Positions 10,680-20,164 of a stretch of DNA of 64,000 nucleotides are shown here, piece after piece. This DNA is from a virus (taxonomy: Duplodnaviria > Caudoviricetes). Both the position numbers and the translations under genes were made by a program. The DNA lies in IMG/VR virus record IMGVR_UViG_3300021431_000111, positions 13,555 to 77,554 of that record; one strand, 5' to 3'. The notes under the pieces are model-generated. The model saw nothing but the letters and a program-made list of their open reading frames with translations, did not search any database and was not told the origin of the DNA. Positions within the stretch are counted from its first letter, which is position 1. Each line of letters begins with the position of its first letter.

Positions 10680-10943
10680 ATGGCAAAAGGAACTCGCATT
10701 TGTAAAATTTGCGGCAAGGAGTATCCGTACTGCACAACGATGACTGTGTTCGACGGAAACCGTTGGCAGGATGTTGCTTGCTGTATTGAGCACGCTACCG
10801 AGTATTTCAGACAGGTGGCTATTTCTAGAGGCGAACTTAAAGAAGAGCCAAAGAAAGAAGCTCCGAAAAACAAAGTGACTAAAAAAAATGTTGAGATTAA
10901 GGAATACAAGAAGTATTTAGAAGACTCGACAGATACAGAATAG
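10680..10943 (+). CDS. Small Cys-rich (putative Zn-binding) protein
   Basis: CKICGKEYPYC…ACC motif; AAGGAGG SD. Confidence 0.7.
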   Translation: MAKGTRICKICGKEYPYCTTMTVFDGNRWQDVACCIEHATEYFRQVAISRGELKEEPKKEAPKNKVTKKNVEIKEYKKYLEDSTDTE

Positions 10944-10956
10944 TCATACACAAGAT

Positions 10957-10987
10957 AGCTGTGCCAATGTAGGCACAGCTTTTTTTT
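10957..10987 (+). terminator. Rho-independent terminator
   Basis: AGCTGTGCC-aatgta-GGCACAGCT followed by T7. Confidence 0.85.
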
Positions 10988-10997
10988 AGGATGGGTT

Positions 10998-11573
10998 ATG
11001 AAAGATTTATATTTAACATCTGTAATCCCTCCGTCTGTTAATCATTATCTATCATACAGAGCAATTATACGAGGCGGTAAACCTCTCGCTGTTTCTTACA
11101 AACCAAAAGAAGTTGTTGAGTATCGTAAAGCTTTTAGCAACTACGTCACAGAAGAAGTGTCAAAACAAGGGTTTGATTATGTGCATGATGGCTCACATCA
11201 CTTTTATGTTGATGCCGTTTTTTATATGCCACGTGTCGATATGGATGCGAACAATTATTGGAAAGTTTTATTAGATGCAATAACTGATACTCAGCTCGTA
11301 TGGAAAGATGACAACGTGGTGTGCGAAAGAGTTAATGCAATATATTATGACTCCGAGAACCCACGGGTAGAATTGCATATCTACCCCACCGATTATATTG
11401 GAATATTTGAATCAGAAGGTGCATATAAAGAGTTTACGAACAAATGCAAACAGTGCACGAGATATAAGCGGAATTGTAGTGTATTAAAAAAGGCGGAACT
11501 TGGGAAAATACAGAAAGATATACAAGATATGAAGTGTAATAAATTTAAAGAGAAAAAGGACAAGGAGGATTAG
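10998..11573 (+). CDS. rusA: RusA-family Holliday junction resolvase
   Basis: PPSVNHY start, DMDANNYWKVLLDA and DDNVV acidic motifs; Cys-rich C-terminus. Confidence 0.75.
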   Translation: MKDLYLTSVIPPSVNHYLSYRAIIRGGKPLAVSYKPKEVVEYRKAFSNYVTEEVSKQGFDYVHDGSHHFYVDAVFYMPRVDMDANNYWKVLLDAITDTQLVWKDDNVVCERVNAIYYDSENPRVELHIYPTDYIGIFESEGAYKEFTNKCKQCTRYKRNCSVLKKAELGKIQKDIQDMKCNKFKEKKDKED

Positions 11574-11574
11574 C

Positions 11575-12258
11575 ATGGACGAAAACAAAATTTCTTTTGT
11601 CGATTTTATTGATGATGTAGAAGCGGGATACGAATTAACAGAGACTATTCATTGGCATGGCAAGGATGTGCAAATAAAGAAGGTATTAGATTTATCTGAG
11701 ACTATTGCATTTGTGTCTGATGTTATAGACGCATGTTTTACATCGAATGCTAGCGAAGAAATACCTCTTGAAGAAACAAATATAGTATATACGCCTGAAT
11801 TAAAAAAATTTGCAATTGATTATATGACTATTGCTCATTATACAAATATTGATTTAACAGCAGATGATGGCGAAGATGAAATGCATAGTGCTTATAATTT
11901 CATTGCCCATTCTGATATTGTAGATCAAGTATTGAAAGTTATTGATCTCGTATATTATGGAAAAATACTTGAGTCGATTGATGAAAAGATTAAATTTATT
12001 AATGATTCAAATATTTTAGAAATGACGAAAGAGTTTGCTGAGTTCAACGATGCTATTGCAGAATTCGGGCCGGCAATGAGTGGGGTCGCCCAAACATTTG
12101 GTTCTGAAGAGTTTCAGAATATGTTTGAAAAATTATCAAAAACTCAAGAAAATAATACGCTTATGGAATTAGCAAAACAAACTGCGAAGTCGAATAATGA
12201 CTCAGTTATCCAGTTTGCTAAGTCTGTCACTGGAGACGATAATGGACGGGAAAGTTAA
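11575..12258 (+). CDS. Putative tail assembly chaperone
   Basis: Acidic helical 227-aa protein two genes upstream of TMP. Confidence 0.45.
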   Translation: MDENKISFVDFIDDVEAGYELTETIHWHGKDVQIKKVLDLSETIAFVSDVIDACFTSNASEEIPLEETNIVYTPELKKFAIDYMTIAHYTNIDLTADDGEDEMHSAYNFIAHSDIVDQVLKVIDLVYYGKILESIDEKIKFINDSNILEMTKEFAEFNDAIAEFGPAMSGVAQTFGSEEFQNMFEKLSKTQENNTLMELAKQTAKSNNDSVIQFAKSVTGDDNGRES

Positions 12259-12793
12259 TTGGGCAAGTATAACTTCGAAATTAAATCGTGCTGTCGCTGC
12301 AAAAATAGAAGAAAAGGTGACACAGGATTTAGAAACAATTGCCCACGAATTCGAAACAACTATGGACTTCGAAATCGCTGATAGTCCAGGGTTAACTCCT
12401 GCAGAATCTGAACGGGTATCAATGGTTCCGTTTCAGTATACCGGGAAAAGCGGAGGCGTTACGCAGAACTTCTCCGGCAGAGTTAAAGGAACATACAAAT
12501 TGTATTTTGATTTTCTTGGAGATAAAACAATGGTTTCTTTATCTCCAAATAAATCGGTGCACGATTTAATCGCTCTATTCAATAATGGTTACGCATCAAA
12601 CAATGTGCGTCCAGACGCTCCTATAAGGGGAATATGGCATGGAAGAGAAATTGTGATAAAACCAAGATCACGGCAGGGCGCTCATTTTATCGGACGAGCG
12701 ATAGAACAATTTCAACAATGGTGCGCTGCATACTATCCGAAATACAATATACGATTCAAAGTAAATCCAAACTACAACTCCGGAGCGAGTTAA
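12242..12793 (+). CDS. Hypothetical tail-associated protein
   Basis: Likely start at ATG 12242, overlapping the previous gene's end; directly before TMP. Confidence 0.6.
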   Translation: MDGKVNWASITSKLNRAVAAKIEEKVTQDLETIAHEFETTMDFEIADSPGLTPAESERVSMVPFQYTGKSGGVTQNFSGRVKGTYKLYFDFLGDKTMVSLSPNKSVHDLIALFNNGYASNNVRPDAPIRGIWHGREIVIKPRSRQGAHFIGRAIEQFQQWCAAYYPKYNIRFKVNPNYNSGAS

Positions 12794-12842
12794 GATAAAG
12801 ACGGGTCTCCGTCTTTCTTCATAAAAGGACGGTGATTTCTAT

Positions 12843-15800
12843 ATGGCTGATATAGAGCTTAGTGTTGGTCTACAAGCGAATTCGTTAACAGAACAAATTC
12901 AAAGAGAAGTCAACAAAGCATCTAATAAAAAAGTAAAAGTTCAGATTGACGTTGAGGCCAATAAGAATTCTTTTAAAGATAGTCTCGGCAAGATTAAGTC
13001 TGTAAAGATTGATGTAGGAGTAAATAAGACAACATTTAATCAGAGCATCCGTGAAGCCATCAATGGCGCAAGCGAACATGTCAAGACAAAACTCAAGATT
13101 GATGTTGATGAAGCATATCTTCGCAGACAATTAAACGCTGCATTAAAAGGCAAGGGCACGGCAAACTTAAATAAAGATGCTCTCGGAAAAACGTCAGAGT
13201 CATCAGACAATACAGACGCTCAACGGCTTAAGGAGATCGAACAGCAGGCGCGTTTAACAACAAGAGCATATAACGAGCTTAATAAGGCAAGAAACGCTGT
13301 TAGAAGTGCGCCAAGAGGATCTAATGAGGTAGCTGGATTAGAAAAGAATGCTGATACGTTATCGCGGTATTTAGAAGGTTTTAAAAACGGTACTGTTAGC
13401 GCAGAAAAATTTCGCGAAGAACTAGCTAAAATTGGAGGATCAAATGCGGAATACATCAATTCTCTAAAAGAGTCCGATCAATATGCGAATAGTTTCAGTG
13501 ATAAGATGCAAAGATTCAAAATGCATCTTACCACGCTAACATCGATTGTCCGTGGTTTCCAGATGATACGGATGGTTGTTCAACCACTCGTTAATGCTGT
13601 TACAGAAGTTGATACAGCAATGACTCAGTTGCGTATTGTTACCAATGCAAGCAATGCAGATATGGAACAATATGCCAATAGCATAATGAATGTCGCCGAC
13701 AAAACAGCGGGATCAGTAAAAGATTTAATAAACTCTACAACGACGTTTGCTAGACTGGGCTATACACTTGATCAGTCTGCAGATCTAGCTAAATACACAC
13801 AGATGTTGGAAAACGTTGGAGATATCGATGAGTCTGCAGCTACATCTGCAATTACTGCAATTGTTAAGGCATATAACGTGAGCGCAGACGACCTAGAGTC
13901 TGTAATGGATAAACTGGTCGAAACTGGTAACCACTTCCCTATTAGTGTCGCCGAACTTGCAGAAGGTATGAACAACGCCGGCTCAATGTTGGCGATGGCT
14001 ACAGGTGGAGACTTGGAAGAGTCATTGGCGTTATTAACAGCAGCAAATACAACAACTCAGAATATTTCAAAATCGTCTACTGGTTTAAGAACAATTGCAG
14101 CTCGTATTAGAAACGTCGGAACAGAACTCGACGATCTCGGCGAAACAATGACTGATGTCGAATACGACGCAGTTGTTAAAGCACTAACAGATAACAGCGT
14201 TGCTTTAACCGATGAGTATGGCCAGTTAAGAGATGTATATGATATTTTAAGCGACTTGTCCAAGGTCTGGGTTACGATGTCGGACAACGAACAAGCAGCT
14301 TTAGCTAAAACTTTATCAGGTACACGACAACAGAATGTTTTTGCTTCCCTTATGGAGAACTTCTCTGAAGCAGAGGGAGCAATGCAACGAATGGGAACGA
14401 GCGAGGGCGCTCTTTCACAAGCAAACGAAGTATATCTTAATAGTGTACAAGCACACGTGCAGCAGCTCAAAAATGCTTTTACAGAGTTTTCACAATCAAC
14501 TATATCTGCTGAGTTCATAAGTCAATTTGTGAATTTCGTAAAAGTATTGTTGCAAGCAACTTCTGGTGTATTAAAATTTATAAATGCACTTGGCGGATTG
14601 CGAACAATTATTCCTTTAGCCGTTTCATTATTTGCAATTTTTAAAGGTGATACTATTATTTCTAGTGTCACCAAAATAGTAAACGGGTTTAAGAATTTTG
14701 GCAGGGTAGCAAAATCAAGTTTGTCGTCCTTAGTCGCTGGGCAAACAGCGGCGGCCGGTTCAACCAGTGCTTTAACCGCAGCAGAAGAAGGAAATGTTAT
14801 TACAACCGGTACTATGGCTATTGCGGAAGAAGAGGCAGGAAACGCAGCCTTGTCAATGGGTTCCAAGATGCAGATGGCTCTTGGAATAATAGGACTTATT
14901 GCAATGGCAGTATCCGCTGCAATATCATTAATATCCAATGTTGTCAAACAGGCTCATGAATGGGCTGAGGCATCGGCCGAAATAGGCGTCAAGGCAGGAG
15001 AAAACGCTGCCGATCTCATTAGCAATTATCAAAGTTATGTTTCAATGGTTGACGCCGGAGAAACAAGCACGGAAGAATTTGCAAGCACACAAGATGCACT
15101 TAGACAATCACTTGGATTAACGGCATCAGAATTTAATCGATTAGCGGGTTCGACTGACGGCTATTCTGAGGCTCTTAGACAAGCAGCCGTACAACAATTA
15201 GAATTAGACATTTCTTCTCAAAGGTATGGATTAGAAGCGCAGAAATCATTAACACAAGAAGAAATCAATAAGTCTCTCGGAAGCTTGTTGACGAGTATGC
15301 CAAATATAAATGACACTCTCGGGCTGATAGTGGATGACCCCACAATGGCTCTCAATGTAGATTATTTTGTAGAACATATTGATTCAATTAAATCAAAACT
15401 TGCGGAATTAAAAAAAGAAACTAAAGACGGAGATCAGACATATGAGTCTTTATTAAGCTACTTTGATCGAATGTCCACAGCAACTGCTGAGTATTCCAAA
15501 CAAGTCAATTCATTAAATCATAACATTGTTCAGAAATCAATATTAGAACTTGGAAAGGCTTCTGTCGAAACAGCTGATGATTTTGAGGAGTATAGAAATA
15601 AAGTTATTGAAGCTGTCGCAGCGAATAATGATTTTCACGGAAGTGAACAACAAGTAATCGATACAGTCGATGCGCTCTTATCGGCATCTGGAGAATTTGC
15701 TGAATTTTATACTGAAGCAGAAAAGGCCGCTCTAGGAACAACCGCTGTTGCAAGAGGATTACAAGGTATTCAGGATGTCGCAAATGGAACAGCCGCTTCC

Positions 15801-18800
15801 GTAGCCGCGCTCGATGAAGCTCTAAAAGGCGATGATTACGATACTGGAATGGAGAAGCGTGTCGGTTATTACCAGAAGCTTCTCGAAGAGGTTCAGGGAG
15901 AAAACTGGGGCGGTAAACACTATGCTGCTCTCGCAGACTATTTTGGCGTAGACATTAACCAGTCCGTTGATGCGCAGATCGCGGCAATTGAAACTTTAAG
16001 TAGATATTTTAGCGACGCGGATCAAGGAATGTATAATTTCTTGATGGACATCAATGAAAAGGTTCCGGCGGCTATCGCTAGCTTTAACTCCGAAACTGGT
16101 ACATTAAAGTGGGACTCTGCCGAACTCGATCAGTTTGCAACATCAATGGGTCTTACACGCGATGCTTTAATAGATTTACTTGATGCATATATTCAGCACG
16201 TACCACCATCAGAATGGTTAAAGCTTCCTGCAGATGAAGCTGCTAGCTGGTTAGAGCAAGACAGAGTATTACAAGACCTTGGCGATACAATGATATTGAA
16301 TCGTCAAAAATTTGATGAACTGGCAGCATCTGCCGGAGTTGATGCAGATGAATTGCTTGCGTCAATTAGAGAGCTATCTGATTATGCGGGCGATAATTTA
16401 ATCGAAATAAATCTTGACCTTCAGGGAGCGGAGTCCGCAGAAGCAGCTGCAAATAATATCAAAGCATTTCTTGCAGATACAGCTTCTTATGGCTTGACAG
16501 CCGAACAGCAGATTCAGGCAATTGCTAGTTCCTTAAGCGTACTAGACGAGCAGTCAATTATAGATATTCTAGTAAATCTAGATCTTCCAACAAATACAAT
16601 TGATCAAATTAAATCGACATTATCAGAGCAATATGGCATTAATGTTGACACTGCAGAGGCTGATCAAAATTTGGAAGATGTGGCTGCAGATATGACATCT
16701 ATTAAAACAGAAGCAAGTATTATGGATGGCATGTCAATTTCAATGTCCCTCCAAATATCTGGATTGTCTACAGCCGAAGCGAGACTCGAGCATATTCAAT
16801 CGTTGATGAACTCGATGGGTTCAGTATCTGGAGGCGGAGGCGGCGGAGGTAAATTCTCCGGACGTGGCGGAGGACATCAGACAAGAGCATTAGGAACAAG
16901 ACACGCCGGATCAGGACTTGCGTTACTGGGTGACGAATACTCCGCATCTGGAAGTCCGAAACCGGAGCTCGTTGTTTCTAAAGGAAATGCTTACCTCGCG
17001 GGTATTAACGGCCCTGTAATGAGAAAGCTGAACGCCGGAGATATTGTCTATACATACAAACAGACGAAACAGATATTAGGTAACAACCTAAGCAATATCA
17101 ACTCGATCCCGGCGTTTGCGTCAGGTACCGCATCAAGATACTGGAATAAGATATCTGGAAGTGCAGGATCCTTCTCTAGCTCTACGGCGTATAGTAGCTA
17201 TTACGGAACGCGAGCAGGAAGTGGCTCTTCAGGAAGTTCAGCATCATCATCTGGCTCTGGTGATAACTGGTTCGAACAACAGTACGAACTCCACAACCAT
17301 TATCGCAAGCTGGATCAAGAAACAGACGCTGCTTACTTGACATGGCTTACAGGCGCATGGAAGCAGGCATATGCTCAAGGAGTTATCGAGCTCAAAGACG
17401 CTCATAAGTATGAAGAAGAAGCTTATGAGTTAATGAAGAAGATCGCGGCCGATCGCTTCAATGAGGAATACAAAACTCATCAGCACAATGTCGCGATGGG
17501 TAAAGAGACAGATCAGGAATACTACTCTTGGCTTGAGTGGAGACATCAAGTTGCGTATGCAAATAATGAGATAACTTTAGAGGAATACTGGAAGTATCAA
17601 GAAGAAGTTTATAAAAAGGCAAAAGAGTTAGTCAACGACTACTTCAACGATATCGACAAGAAGATCGATATGTTGGAGAATGCTGGCAAGTCGGATCAGG
17701 AGATCATCAAATGGGATGAGACCGGTATGGCTTTTGTCGAGGAGCAAATTGCTAAACTTAAAAAGGAAGGCAAAGATAATAACGACTCGACCGTACAAGA
17801 CTTGCAGAAAACTTGGTGGGGTTATTACAACGACCGCAAAAAGCGCGAAGAAGATATAACCAAGAACGCTAAGTCTGCAGCAAAAGAACTTGTTGATTAT
17901 CGCATGAAGATGCTTAAGAAGGATCTTGATACGGAAAAAGATAATCTCAATACGAGACTCAAAAATCTCCAAGACTTCTACTCCAAGCAGAAAGATATGC
18001 TTCAAGATTCTTATGATGAAGATAAGTATCTTGATGAGCAAGCTAAGAAGCGTAAAGCAGTTACTGATTTAGAGATTCAGTTGGCACAGATTGAATATGA
18101 TAATTCTGCGTGGGCTCAAAAGAGACGACTTGAATTATCACAGCAATTGCTTGATGCTCAAAAAGAATTGGCCGATTTTGAAAAAGACCACGCTCTTGAA
18201 GTTGCAAAAGAAAAACTAGACGCAATTCAGCAACTTCAAGAAGACGAACTTCAGAATCAAATTGATGCTATTGAGAAGACTTCGCAGTCTGAAGCTGAAA
18301 TTTATCAGCGAGCGTTAAAGGACGTACAGCATGGAGGCCAGGATCTCTATGAGGCAATGGTCGAATACAACAACTGGGAAGGTACAGGCAATCCAGAGGA
18401 TATCTCGGAGATGTGGGATGAGGCGTACACATCTCTGAAGAAGTATCGTGAACAGTTTGGCGAGTATTATAAAGATATTCAGCTAACCTACGGAACCGAT
18501 ACTACCCCGGCCGTTGTCGACACATCAAAAATTGATGCTGGATTAAACCCTGTTAAACCAGTATTGGAGACAAAACAGCCAGCACCGGCACCGGCACCTA
18601 AACCGGCACCTAAACCGGCACCTAAACCGGCAGCAAAGGCAGACCCGGTACAAGGTTCTGCGGTACAGTTGAAGTCTGGCGCAAAGTTGGCAACAAACTC
18701 TTATGCTACTCCTAGCTTAAACGCGGCGTCATGGACTATAGGCAGAACTCTGTACGTACAGGCATACTATCCGGGACGAGCAGCACCATACCATATTGGT

Positions 18801-19244
18801 ACCACTAAAAATATCAATGATGGCGCATCAACATGGGTAGGCTGGGTTAACAAGTCGCAGCTTGTTGGTTATGCATCTGGTACTCGCAATGCTCTTGCGG
18901 GTATTCACGAAATTAATGAGCGCGGAGATGAAGCTCTGTTTAAAACTTCAGACGGAAGTAGTTACAGGCTCTTCTCTGGAGGAGAAAAAGTATTTAATAG
19001 CAAGGCAACAGACTTCTTGTATGACTTCGCAAATAATCCGGAAGCAGTTCTTGCTAGCGTTCTTGGGGCTGTTGGTAGTGGAATCGGTTCTGAGATCAAA
19101 AATAATACGGTATCTCAAAATATTTCTCTGGGAGACATTATCATTCAAGGTAATGCAACTGAGAAAACTATTAGCGAGATTCGTAGAGAAAAACGTTCAG
19201 AGATGGATTATATGCTCAGAGAACTTAATCGTCTCAATAAATAA
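12843..19244 (+). CDS. Tape measure protein (TP901-like core)
   Basis: 2133 aa; Ala-rich helical repeats (AVTEVDTAMTQLRIVT…), hydrophobic segments, YASGT motifs near the C-terminus. Confidence 0.93.
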   Translation: MADIELSVGLQANSLTEQIQREVNKASNKKVKVQIDVEANKNSFKDSLGKIKSVKIDVGVNKTTFNQSIREAINGASEHVKTKLKIDVDEAYLRRQLNAALKGKGTANLNKDALGKTSESSDNTDAQRLKEIEQQARLTTRAYNELNKARNAVRSAPRGSNEVAGLEKNADTLSRYLEGFKNGTVSAEKFREELAKIGGSNAEYINSLKESDQYANSFSDKMQRFKMHLTTLTSIVRGFQMIRMVVQPLVNAVTEVDTAMTQLRIVTNASNADMEQYANSIMNVADKTAGSVKDLINSTTTFARLGYTLDQSADLAKYTQMLENVGDIDESAATSAITAIVKAYNVSADDLESVMDKLVETGNHFPISVAELAEGMNNAGSMLAMATGGDLEESLALLTAANTTTQNISKSSTGLRTIAARIRNVGTELDDLGETMTDVEYDAVVKALTDNSVALTDEYGQLRDVYDILSDLSKVWVTMSDNEQAALAKTLSGTRQQNVFASLMENFSEAEGAMQRMGTSEGALSQANEVYLNSVQAHVQQLKNAFTEFSQSTISAEFISQFVNFVKVLLQATSGVLKFINALGGLRTIIPLAVSLFAIFKGDTIISSVTKIVNGFKNFGRVAKSSLSSLVAGQTAAAGSTSALTAAEEGNVITTGTMAIAEEEAGNAALSMGSKMQMALGIIGLIAMAVSAAISLISNVVKQAHEWAEASAEIGVKAGENAADLISNYQSYVSMVDAGETSTEEFASTQDALRQSLGLTASEFNRLAGSTDGYSEALRQAAVQQLELDISSQRYGLEAQKSLTQEEINKSLGSLLTSMPNINDTLGLIVDDPTMALNVDYFVEHIDSIKSKLAELKKETKDGDQTYESLLSYFDRMSTATAEYSKQVNSLNHNIVQKSILELGKASVETADDFEEYRNKVIEAVAANNDFHGSEQQVIDTVDALLSASGEFAEFYTEAEKAALGTTAVARGLQGIQDVANGTAASVAALDEALKGDDYDTGMEKRVGYYQKLLEEVQGENWGGKHYAALADYFGVDINQSVDAQIAAIETLSRYFSDADQGMYNFLMDINEKVPAAIASFNSETGTLKWDSAELDQFATSMGLTRDALIDLLDAYIQHVPPSEWLKLPADEAASWLEQDRVLQDLGDTMILNRQKFDELAASAGVDADELLASIRELSDYAGDNLIEINLDLQGAESAEAAANNIKAFLADTASYGLTAEQQIQAIASSLSVLDEQSIIDILVNLDLPTNTIDQIKSTLSEQYGINVDTAEADQNLEDVAADMTSIKTEASIMDGMSISMSLQISGLSTAEARLEHIQSLMNSMGSVSGGGGGGGKFSGRGGGHQTRALGTRHAGSGLALLGDEYSASGSPKPELVVSKGNAYLAGINGPVMRKLNAGDIVYTYKQTKQILGNNLSNINSIPAFASGTASRYWNKISGSAGSFSSSTAYSSYYGTRAGSGSSGSSASSSGSGDNWFEQQYELHNHYRKLDQETDAAYLTWLTGAWKQAYAQGVIELKDAHKYEEEAYELMKKIAADRFNEEYKTHQHNVAMGKETDQEYYSWLEWRHQVAYANNEITLEEYWKYQEEVYKKAKELVNDYFNDIDKKIDMLENAGKSDQEIIKWDETGMAFVEEQIAKLKKEGKDNNDSTVQDLQKTWWGYYNDRKKREEDITKNAKSAAKELVDYRMKMLKKDLDTEKDNLNTRLKNLQDFYSKQKDMLQDSYDEDKYLDEQAKKRKAVTDLEIQLAQIEYDNSAWAQKRRLELSQQLLDAQKELADFEKDHALEVAKEKLDAIQQLQEDELQNQIDAIEKTSQSEAEIYQRALKDVQHGGQDLYEAMVEYNNWEGTGNPEDISEMWDEAYTSLKKYREQFGEYYKDIQLTYGTDTTPAVVDTSKIDAGLNPVKPVLETKQPAPAPAPKPAPKPAPKPAAKADPVQGSAVQLKSGAKLATNSYATPSLNAASWTIGRTLYVQAYYPGRAAPYHIGTTKNINDGASTWVGWVNKSQLVGYASGTRNALAGIHEINERGDEALFKTSDGSSYRLFSGGEKVFNSKATDFLYDFANNPEAVLASVLGAVGSGIGSEIKNNTVSQNISLGDIIIQGNATEKTISEIRREKRSEMDYMLRELNRLNK
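18591..18632 (+). repeat. 12-bp tandem repeat encoding a PAPK linker in TMP
   Basis: CCGGCACCTAAA x3 plus a partial copy. Confidence 0.9.
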
Positions 19245-19358
19245 AATACTGATTTCATAAAAGGAGATCTCCTGCCTAAGTGGAGGGTTTAACAATTTAA
19301 GGGGAGGGCTCTGCTCTCCCCTATTATAATAATTGACTATTCGAAAGGAGGTCGTTCT

Positions 19359-20150
19359 ATGATTGATTTATATGGATGTTATTTTAAATACGGAGATTTT
19401 GATTCTATTGTTTACAATATTGGAATTACGAACGTCGAGACAGATCGAATGAAAGTATTGCAGTCTGTGCAAAATGTGAACGTCGTTCGAAACAAACGTA
19501 ATCATAGATTTTTAACCACAAAGGTCGCATATGATGAAGCTCCTATTTCGTTCGAGATGGAGATCACAACATTAGATGGCTCCGTTATCAATCCTATAGA
19601 CATGCCAATGATTGAACGATCGCTGTTTAATAAAAGAACTTTTTTACCACTCTACCCATATTTAGGAACTATCAGTAATGAGTCACTTCTTCACATTAAT
19701 TGTATTTTCACAGAAGGAGAACGCATTGATACCGATGGAGGCGTTGTTGGATATAAGATGACTGTCACGGCTGATAGTGTTATGGCATGGAGTGAAGAGA
19801 TTAAAAAAGATATCACAATCGACAGTCAAAGCGGAAGCTTTATAATTAATGTTGATTCTGATTTAAATGATTATATATATCCAGAAGTTACATTCATGAC
19901 AGGAAGTACTGGAGGGAACGTAACGATATATAACAATACAGATAGCGCGGAGAGATTTACCAGTTTTGCAAGTCTTCCCGCAGATACAACATTTGTAATG
20001 AGGGGAGATATAAATCACATTTCTAATAATATGTATCAGTTCTTTTCAGACAGAAATTTTATACGATTATTAGATGGGGAAAACAACTTCTTTTTTACTG
20101 GTGATTTGCAATCTATCTCGTTTAAATTTATTAATCGTAAATTCTTATAG
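19359..20150 (+). CDS. Distal tail protein (Dit)
   Basis: 263 aa directly after TMP; C-terminal FIRLLDGENNFFF resembles Dit ends. Confidence 0.75.
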   Translation: MIDLYGCYFKYGDFDSIVYNIGITNVETDRMKVLQSVQNVNVVRNKRNHRFLTTKVAYDEAPISFEMEITTLDGSVINPIDMPMIERSLFNKRTFLPLYPYLGTISNESLLHINCIFTEGERIDTDGGVVGYKMTVTADSVMAWSEEIKKDITIDSQSGSFIINVDSDLNDYIYPEVTFMTGSTGGNVTIYNNTDSAERFTSFASLPADTTFVMRGDINHISNNMYQFFSDRNFIRLLDGENNFFFTGDLQSISFKFINRKFL

Positions 20151-20164
20151 ATGGGGGTGTACTC

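Noticed and set aside
12246-12258. Lambda-type GGGAAAG slippery heptamer at the end of the putative tail chaperone
   Set aside because: The upstream gene reads CGG GAA AGT and the downstream ORF is in the +1 frame, so the canonical -1 shift does not join them.
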